Shown in pieces: positions 54,640-64,000 of a stretch of DNA of 64,000 nucleotides. The stretch spans positions 21,762,001-21,826,000 of the forward strand of contig NC_043006.1 in the NCBI RefSeq assembly GCF_006345805.1, read 5' to 3'. Numbering within the stretch: position 1 is the first letter of the stretch; each line of letters begins with the position of its first letter. The translations under genes and the position numbers were made by a program. The notes beneath the pieces were generated by a model. That model did not search any database. It was given only the letters and a program-made list of their open reading frames with translations, and was not told the origin of the DNA. Origin of the DNA: Octopus sinensis (taxonomy: Eukaryota).

Positions 54640-55960
54640 CTTTGTAGAATTGTGTAACGTGTTGAGGACGGTGCATTTAAAAATTACATTAGACCTTCTC
54701 CAATGGGTTTGAAGATGGCAGATGATTTAGGAGGGCAGTTACATGGGAGTGCATTGTGGGGATTATTCTCAGGAATGGAGAAAGTAATGCTGTCAGAAGA
54801 GAGGTTAGAGATGGAGTAGATTGGTCTATGTTGTTAACATTATTATTACTATTATCATTTCTATTTCTATCGTTGTTGTTATTCATCCTATCTGTAATAG
54901 TGGCGGAAGTTGCCGGGCGAAATGCGTAGCCGTATTTCGTCTGCCGTTACATTCTGAGTTCAAATTCCGCCGAGGTTGACTTTGCCTTTCATCCTTTCGG
55001 GGTCGATAAATTAAGTACCAGTTACGCACTGGGGGTCGATTTAATCGACTTAATCCGTTTGTCTGTCCTTGTTTGTCCCCTCTGTGTTTAGCCCCTTGTG
55101 GGTAGTAAAGAAATAAGAAATAAGGAAATTGCGGTAGTAGTATTCTGGTTAATGTTAATGGGATTGATAGGGTTTCCGTTGTGGTCTAAAGTATAGGGTT
55201 CGATATCAGAGCTATATATATATATGTTGGGCACTCGTGTATTCTGAGTTGTTACAATGTAAGTTTTGATAATAGAGAGAACGTTTTCGTTTATTAGAGG
55301 CTGTTATGATAGACTCAAAGTTGGACGGGGTGGAGTAGGATAGCCTTAAGGTAGATCTAGTAATAATTATGTTGACGTGCGAAGTTGAAGTCCAGTATGT
55401 TAAAAAAGGATTTAGCTAAGTTCTTAACCTTTAGTGGGAAGTGGGATGTACACCTATTTCTTTATTACCCACAAGGGGCTAAACACAGAGGGGACAAACA
55501 AGGACAGACATAGGTATTAAGTCGATTACATCGACCCCAGTGCGTATCTGGTACTTAATTTATCGACCCCGAAAGGATGAAAGGCAAAGTTGACCTCGGC
55601 GGAATTTGAACTCACAACGTAACGGCAGACGAAATACCGCAAAGCATTTCGCCTTATGGTGGGGTCTATACCATAGAATAGTGCGTCCACCGCTTTTTTT
55701 TTTTTTTTTTGCTGCTTGAGGGTAGTGTTATCTATATATTTAGAAATTAAAGCTGGGTGATACGGCCCGTTATTGTTAGCTGTTTTAGCTTTTGATCTAG
55801 TGTTATATGTGTGCGTGTGGGGTCTAAGTTGCCTTAACCTAGGTTCTCCCGGGGTTCTAGTATAGTGTATATGTTGTCTGTTGTGATTCTGATGGTTGGC
55901 ATGCCGTTGTGATATGATTTGAGATATATGTTGCTTGAGCCTAGTATTAGAGATGTATTT
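54640..55960 (-). mobile_element. Degenerate PLE RT-C-terminus/linker fragment, interrupted by two family A SINEs
   Basis: TILWYRPP, RSTLRLSYSTPSNFESIITASN and PCNCPPK..KCTV resemble PLE IWFNPP, SYS..N..SII and CNC..CP..VYKC motifs. Confidence 0.6.
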
Positions 55961-57088
55961 TATTTGTTGGAAGAAGCCGCTGGCAGCCTCTAGCCAGGCC
56001 TTTTGCGACCCCTTTAAAACCAGGAACTTTTCAGCACCCCTTGTACATTAAATTTATCGTTCAAATCTCAATGTTCTAAGATGGCAAAATAAGTAAAAAC
56101 AAAGCAAAAAGACTACAACTTCATTACATAATTCATAACATCCTTGCATTTTGAAAGAGTTAATGAAATTGAAATTAATTAGTTGTAATTAAGACATTCC
56201 TGTTATACATGCGAATGATTTGAATACAAATGAACCTTGTCTTAGCAATAGTCACCAATATCTTCATTTGCATACTATTATTCATAGCTTTATTTGCTTC
56301 TAGATTCATTGTTCCTAACAAGAATAATTTCACGTTTTCCAAGTTTCTAAATTCTTTTGAAGTTAAAAATGTGTGTAAGTTTGTGTGTGTGTGTGTACTT
56401 GCGTGTGTGCGTGCATGCGTGCGTGTGTGTATGTAGACATGCATACATTCATACACATATATAAGCATACAAACATATACAAACGCACATACTTTACGTG
56501 CATACATGCAGGTATGTATACCTACTATAACTTTACATTTCTGCCAATGGTTATTGGAGCACCTGGTTACGTGACTAACTGCCTTGATATCAATCTTGAG
56601 AACCCGGGATTCACAAAGCCAGAAAGAAAACGCCGAATCAGGAGATTACAGCTATAAGCTGTCTAAGGTACTGTCAAGATATGTCAGATATTTATGGAAT
56701 TCAGCATGCAATGCTATTCGTTCCTCCTTTCATGTATACATGTGCACATACGGATATATAGGTATATATGTGTACATCAATACATATATGTGCATACACG
56801 CACACACAAACATATATATATACATATATATACATATACATACATATATATATATATATACATATATATATTTATATATACATATATATGTATGTATGTA
56901 TATATATATATATACATACAAGATTACTCCGTTGCCATCTGAATTGCTAGGAACCGGCTCTTTTTCTATTGGTGAGAATTTCTAAAAAATTAACCGAGAA
57001 CAAATGTATACATACGTGAGCACATACATACAAATATACCTACATATATACACACATACATACAAACACACACACATACATACATACC

Positions 57089-57120
<32 letters not shown>

Positions 57121-57329
57121 TATACATACTTACACACGCACACTCATACATACATACATGCATACATACATACATACCATACATACATAGATACATAGAT
57201 ACATACATACATACATACATGCATACATACATACATACATACATACATACATACATACATACATACATACATACCATACATACATACATACATACATACA
57301 TACATACATACATACATACATACATACAT

Positions 57330-58260
57330 ACATTATTGCTAAGAAACAGGAATTAAATCACAACCTTTCCAGCTGATATAGGGATGTAACTTCGTCAAAA
57401 GAAATGTTCGTATTTAATATTTAACAACTAAACATGGACATCTATTATTCAAACCCGAAACTTTTCTATCAATGTCTTTTCTACCTTGTCTCTTCCATAT
57501 AATGAATTTTACAAATACCTAGGTGTTGCTGAAGATATACATATGTGCTGCAAATGAAGACAGAATAACCGAAGAATATTATACCAGTCTGAAAAAGATA
57601 TGGCAATCGGAATTTTCCTCTTACAAATAGAGAATATCAACACTGAATTTGTAGCACTTGTAATGATACCAAGATTTGAGATACTCGTGTGGTCCTGAAG
57701 AGAAAACCGCTCCATAGACGTTAAAACCAGCAAGATTTCTATATCGACTGCACACTTCCGATATGGCAATCGGAATTTTCCTCTTACAAATAGAGAATAT
57801 CAACACAGAATTTGTAGCACTTGTAATGATACCAAGATTTGAGATACTCGTGTGGTCCTGAAGAGAAAACCGCTCCATAGACATTAAAACCAGCAAGATT
57901 TCTATATCGACTGCACACTTTCACTGAAACAGTGATAGCGAGTGGCTATCTCAGTAGAAGGAAGAAGAGATTTTAAATCAGTGCAGATAATCTTTATCTG
58001 CCGTACGACATCGCTCAGACAGTAACTGCTAAAAAATAGCAGCAGAAATAAAGAGTAAATCAGTCGACTGATCAAAAATGAAGTGAATAACATTCTGCGA
58101 GTTGGCAGTGAATTCTTCAAGAAGCTTTCACACCTTGATGACTTCCCATGTCAACCCAGGAGAGCAAGACTGGTATACCTCAGAAAAGATTTGGAAAAGA
58201 AACACTGCGTACTATTAAATAGTGATGCGTGTATGTTTCCCATAAACTTGAGGAGGAGAG
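57330..58260 (+). mobile_element. R4/Dong-like RT fragment with an internal 163-bp tandem duplication (57597-57920)
   Basis: YKYLGV..EEYY..KKIWQSEFSS..FEIL.WS..IDVKT..H*NSD. A further R4-like C-terminus (FLPMVIGAPG..GTVKIC) lies at ~56535-56700. Confidence 0.65.
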
Positions 58261-58303
58261 GTTAATTTTTACGGGACGTATAGCCTTCCTTAAACTTCTG
58301 ACA

Positions 58304-58450
58304 ATTACGTCACGGCATCACATCCATGCATTACGTCACGGCATTACATCGATACATTACGTCACGGCATTACAACGATGCATTACGTCACGGCATTACA
58401 TCGATGCATTACGTCACGGCATTACACCGGTGCATTACGTCACGGCATTA
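58304..58450. repeat. 26-bp minisatellite, about 6 copies
   Basis: Unit ATTACGTCACGGCATTACATCGATGC; starts at 58304, 58330, 58356, 58382, 58408 and 58434. Confidence 0.9.
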
Positions 58451-59673
58451 TATCACGGCAGATTTCGATCGTTAAGCGTTTGCATGTCAAAAACAGGAGA
58501 TACCTACGAAATACCTAATGAACAAATAACACAATGACGTTCATAAACTCACAAGTTGCGACCGAAGATGATAATTATAACACTCTTCCGTAGGGAATGT
58601 AACGTATGTAATCAACATCCGCTCGGAAGCTTATTGAGGTATTATCTCCCATTACCTTGACTACAAATTCACATTTATCCTAATAATTAGGTTCAAATTT
58701 TGACACAAGGCGCTTATTTTATCAACTCCGAAAATATGAAAGGTAAGTCAACCTCGGCGCAAAAGGAACTCAGAACATAAAGACGGACCTAACCCTGCTA
58801 AGAACTTTGTCACGCTAGCGATCCAGCCAACTCGTCGCTTTATTTATCCTAATAATTATTGGTAAACTTGATAAGTTAGTAAATTTCTCAGTAACAATCT
58901 GGAAAAGTTTGGGGTTAATTTGATCGACGACTATTGGTGTCTCTTAGGCGTTTTCAAACAAGAGACTGTGGATGACAATCCCATACGAGTTTTGTTTAAA
59001 ACTGATGGAGCCTTAAGTATGTATAGTGATGTTAGAAAATGTTTAAGTGACAATCTGAAAAATCTAGAAATCAGTTTAATCAAGAAACAATCTGGAAAAT
59101 TCAAGAGTCAGTTTGAAGATGTCTTGGAGATTAATGCATTTCTGAAGTTTCTTCAGGCAAAATACTGTGATTGAGAATCGCGCATCATTAAGGAAGAATA
59201 GGTGTTACAACCTCCAACGACCACGGTATTCTTATCAGGGTCAGAGATCACAAGAACTATTAACTTTGAGACATTTTGTCAATCGCAGATGACAGAAAGA
59301 AAATGTCCCTTAAACAAATAAACGAAATGATAATTTCTTGTCATTCAAGCAAATACGTTGAATCTAAGAAATTGCAGCAATGTTCATCTTGAGTTATGCA
59401 GATATTATTTTCTAACAACACATCCACCTATGAAAAGTAAAAAGAACAGAAAACAAATACAAAATACATAGAAGAAAAGATGCGAGTATCTTTCGATAAA
59501 CCTGGCGAAATCTTTGGTTTATAAAATCAATCAACATAACTGTAAAATTTTTCTTCGATTAGAAAATGGGATTTGCAAATGAGTGAGCACGTTTATATCA
59601 CACGGTAGTAGTTATGCTCACATAGCATAATGGTGGGATAAAAATAATGTCATATACACAAGAAGACACAAAC

Positions 59674-59725
<52 letters not shown>

Positions 59726-60127
59726 CGGACGTTTTAGGGAAAACGTAAACGTAAGAAAAATAAGCATATCACACATTCGCCATTTTTTACATCTAGATAA
59801 ACGGTTGAATACTCACCCAAGCATGATGAACCCTAACTCGGAATAGGCTTGCATGATGCTAGCAGTTTGAAATACTCCATATAAATTGCCATCAACTTAT
59901 ATATTATAGTCTATAGTTTCCAACCAGTATCATTCTAAACAGTAAAACCATTACTTTTATTCTTAATACAATCATAATTTTCGCTGGTAAAAGCAAAATT
60001 CCACCTGCACTTTTGATTTAAAGTTGTAGTTTATTCATTTATTCATTTATTTATTTACTTTTCAGTTTCCTTCTTTTTTACGTTAACGTAAAGAAAAATC
60101 ACACACACACGTGCATATATCATATAT

Positions 60128-60160
<33 letters not shown>

Positions 60161-60171
60161 CATATATATAT

Positions 60172-60615
60172 GTTGAAAGATTTAAAAGGCCAAACAATGC
60201 AAATAGATTTTAAGATGAGGTATCGTAAACTAAAAGTAAGTTACCTGGTAATCTTTGGTCGTATATGTCTCCAATATTTCGGGACATTCAAGTCCCTTCT
60301 TCGGGGTTAAAAAAGAACTGTCCTTGGAAAAATGTTTTCTGTCGGAGATAAAATAATTCTTAGATTATATTTGAATTTTCAAGCGTTTCTCTTATAATTA
60401 TATTTGAACATTCAAATATAATCATAGAATTATTTTATCTCCGACAAAAAAACATCTTTCCAAGGTCAGTCCCTTTTTAACCCTGAAGAAGGGACTTGTA
60501 TGTCCCCAAATATTGGAGACATATACGACCAAAGATTACCAGGTAACTTACTTTTAGTTTACGTTACAACATCTTAAAGTCTATTTGCATTGTTTGGCCT
60601 TTTAACTCTTTCAAC
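60172..60615. mobile_element. Fold-back element (~204-bp arms, 35-bp spacer) with HHR-derived cores
   Basis: Arms 60172-60375 and 60411-60615 are reverse complements; each contains YGAAGAA-GGGAC[6 nt]GTCCC-(G/C)AAA. Confidence 0.8.
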
Positions 60616-60826
60616 GTTATATTCCATATACAATGCTTCAAGCAAACTATAAAATCTTATTATATATATATATATTACCGGTGTTGTTCAAACGATGAAT
60701 AGCTTTGCGTAAACCATTGGTTCGTTTTGTTCTCTTACATTATTATAATCTTATAATCATCTCATAATAATGATTTTATGACTCGTTTTACTACCTCAGT
60801 CATGGGGTAAAATATGAAAAATTTAA

Positions 60827-60857
<31 letters not shown>

Positions 60858-61165
60858 TATGTATGTATGTATGTATATATGTAGGTAGGTAGGTAGGTAG
60901 GTAGGTAGGTAGGTAGGTAGGTAGGTAGGTAGGTAGGTAGGTAGGTAGGTAGGTAGGTAGGTAGGTAGGTATAGTTGAAATTTATAGAAAACCAAAGGAA
61001 GAAGACAGGTATATGAACAACAAGCAAGTGTATTAGTTTGACGGTCGGGAAAAATGAAAAAATCTTTTACGTTTCGAGCCTACGCTTTTCAACACAAAGG
61101 ATAAGAAAACATAAACAGACTGTTGTTGTTGTTAAGTGTGGCGCGAACTGGCAGAATCGTATATA

Positions 61166-61235
<70 letters not shown>

Positions 61236-61363
61236 TATATATACATATATATATACATATATATATACATATATATATATATATTACATATACATATATA
61301 TATACATATATATATACATACATATATATACATATATATAATATATTATATATATATATTATA

Positions 61364-61395
<32 letters not shown>

Positions 61396-61396
61396 C

Positions 61397-61467
<71 letters not shown>

Positions 61468-61594
61468 ATATTAATATATATAATATTATTATAATATATT
61501 ATGTATATATATATATACATATAGTACTACTGCAACCATTTTCATCGATCACAACTGTTTAACTTCCCAAGCTAACCTGTCATATCTCTCGACC

Positions 61595-61957
61595 TTTCTT
61601 TCTTCCTTATCGCATACTTTGTCTATGCTATGTCTATGATCCAGCATAATTTGTTTTCTTTCTCAATTAAGACTATGTCTGGCTTCCTATTCTCAATCTC
61701 ATGGTCGCACTGAATCATAAAATCCCATAGGATCGTTGCATTTCGATTTTCGACAATGCCTTCAGGTTTGTGGTCGTACCAATTTTTATCTCTGTCAAGT
61801 CCATACTTATTGATATGTGTCCAGATTTTGCACTTATCACTTTCTGATGTGTTGTCCATTCTGTATTTTATGTAATTTATTCTTAGTGCTTGCTCTTGAG
61901 CAGCACAGGTTAGAGCGTCCGTTTCCGGTTTTAAATCACTAGTCATCCACAGCCATC
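61595..61957 (-). mobile_element. R4/Dong-like RT-REL C-terminal fragment
   Basis: LKPETDALTCAAQEQALRINY..WYDHKPEGIVEN..ILWDF.IQCDHEIENRKPDIVLIEK..CWIIDIA (PD..D endonuclease); the CCHC knuckle is deleted. Confidence 0.8.
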
Positions 61958-62057
61958 NNNNNNNNNNNNNNNNNNNNNNNNNNNNNNNNNNNNNNNNNNN
62001 NNNNNNNNNNNNNNNNNNNNNNNNNNNNNNNNNNNNNNNNNNNNNNNNNNNNNNNNN
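61958..62057. other. Assembly gap (100 N)
   Basis: Run of Ns. Confidence 1.
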
Positions 62058-62639
62058 GGACAGAAGTGGTCAGACAGGAGAGCTAGGAAGAAGGGGAGAT
62101 AATAAAGCAGTGGTGATCCCAAACCGAAGGTGCGCGTGCGTGCGTGTGTATGTGAGAGCATATGTGTGCGTGTGGATAGGGACTGCTGACCTTCACGTGT
62201 GGGTGTGTGGATGATGGTGTGAGTGCTGAGAAGTGGTCAATGCTAGTGTGTGCGGGGTGGTGCGATGTAGTGTAGTGGTGTGGTGTGAGTGGTGATGTGT
62301 AGTGTGGTGTGTTGTGATGTGATGGTGTAGTGTGGTGTGGTGTGGTGATGTGTGGTATGTTGTGGTGTGGTGTGGTGTGGTGGTGTGGTGTAGTGGTGTG
62401 GTGCAGTGTGGAATGATGTGGTGTGATGGTGTTGGAGTGGGGATGTGGAGGGTGGGATGTGGGTGGGGTGAGTGGTGGGTGGGTGAGGTGGGTGGGTGGG
62501 GTAGGGTGAGACTGTGGTGTCGTTGCCCAGTCTGGTGTCTGGGAGACTGTGGTGTCGTTGCCCAGTCTGGTGTCTGGGAGGTGTTCTGCGAACCGGTCAG
62601 CCAATCTGCGTCCCGTTTGACCGATGTACAGAGAAGGAC

Positions 62640-62702
<63 letters not shown>

Positions 62703-62990
62703 CGTTATAAAAATAAGGTTCAGTAAAATAATTTACTTTACCACACACTGAACTTTTTAGAAATAGCAGCCAAAAATCTTAGCTATTTCTTCTACTGTAA
62801 GAAAAATATCCCAGACAATGCATACTCAAAAATAACTCACACAGGTATAGAGGGAAAAATAACGAAAGATCACTGAACCCTATTTTTATAACGTAATGTT
62901 TCAAATATACCGTAAATGGTCTTTTAACATACTGAACACTTCTTGGTAAAATTAATGATATAATAATTATATTTTACCCTTTTATTATTG
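62058..62990. mobile_element. PLE GIY-YIG fragment (-) followed by inverted pLTR pieces
   Basis: CPSLYIGQTGRRLADRFAEHL on minus at ~62570-62640. 62701-62870 is the reverse complement, and 62873-62990 a forward homologue, of parts of the 38-kb tandem unit. Confidence 0.7.
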
Positions 62991-62992
62991 AC

Positions 62993-63044
<52 letters not shown>

Positions 63045-63169
63045 CATGCATGCATGTATGCATGCGTGTAGTGTATGTATGTATAGCGCCTAATAATAAT
63101 ATAATACTGTAAGTGTTCCACGTGTTGTTGTTTTTTCTGTTTTCCCGTTTGGATTAACATTTATATTAT

Positions 63170-63267
<98 letters not shown>

Positions 63268-63521
63268 TCTTTTACTTGGTTTTAGTCGAACGAATCGACC
63301 TGGTGCTATCTGTCTGCCACGCACTCACGATCGTCAGATTATGGGTTCGATTCCCAGACCAGGTATTGCATTGTGTTCTTGAGCAAAGCACTTCATTTCA
63401 CATTGCTCTAGTGATGTGTGGGGACCGGCATGTCAAAGAATAGAACCAACATTCTTGGTGCACGGCCATAACAACAGCAACGGCAGGGACAACAGCAACA
63501 ACAACAACAGCACCAGCAAGT

Positions 63522-63845
63522 GGAGGCACAATGGCCCAGTGTTTTGGGGTAGTGGACTCGCGGTCGAAGGATCGCAGTTTCGATTCCAAGACCGGGCGTT
63601 GTGTATGTTTATTGAGCGAAAACACCTAAAGCTCCACGAGGCTCCGGCAGAGGGTGGTGGCGACCCCTGTTGTAGTCTTTCGCTCCAACATTCTCTCACT
63701 CTTTCTTCCAGTTTCTTGTCCCCGACTTCCTACGCAACCGCTGAGCCTGGATGCGCATTCATCCATCCGTCGATGCTCTCGGTGTCAGGAGTTGACCTGC
63801 TTTCTCTTCTGCGGGTCTTACGAATTGCAAAGGACCTCGTTTCGG
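63522..63845 (+). mobile_element. tRNA-headed SINE, family C
   Basis: GGAGGCACAATGGCCCAGTG..GGACTCGCGG..TTTCGATTCC head and the shared body. Confidence 0.75.
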
Positions 63846-64000
63846 ACTGGTGGTGGTGGTGGTGGTGGTTGTGGTGGTGGTTGTGGTGGTGGTGGTGGTG
63901 GTGGTGGTAGTGATGGTGGTGGTGGTAGTATTGGTGGTGGTGGCTGTTGTTGTTGTTGTTGTTGTTGTTGTTAAGCAACAAGACGGGTAAGGATGATTAG

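Noticed and set aside
58304-58450. CRISPR-like array
   Set aside because: The repeats are contiguous with no unique spacers, and the context is eukaryotic.
61943-62161. ORF spanning the N run
   Set aside because: Artefact of the assembly gap.

Overview
AT-rich, microsatellite-saturated animal genomic DNA. The repeat content suggests an octopus (coleoid cephalopod); this is an inference. The only host gene recognisable is the terminal coding exon (ICL3-TM6-TM7-C-tail) of a cholecystokinin/sulfakinin-type GPCR at 23946-24541 (+). No upstream exon was found in the preceding 23.9 kb. The rest is interspersed repeats: three tRNA-headed SINE families, many Penelope-like element (PLE) fragments, Hero-, R4/Dong-, RTE- and L1/Tx1-type LINE fragments, a Ty3/Gypsy integrase remnant, two Helitron-type elements and MITEs. 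Almost all ORFs in the track are microsatellite artefacts. The most interesting signal is a dense, diverse set of type I hammerhead ribozyme (HHR) motifs found by eye. One lies in a non-coding ~563-bp unit repeated 2.1 times in tandem (38017-39202), which is retrozyme/circRNA-like. Two fold-back elements carry an HHR motif in each arm (52828-53339, 60172-60615). A well-formed solo HHR lies at 49538-49588, and one family has a fixed non-canonical core (CUGUYGA). All alignments and folds were made manually; no database search was run.
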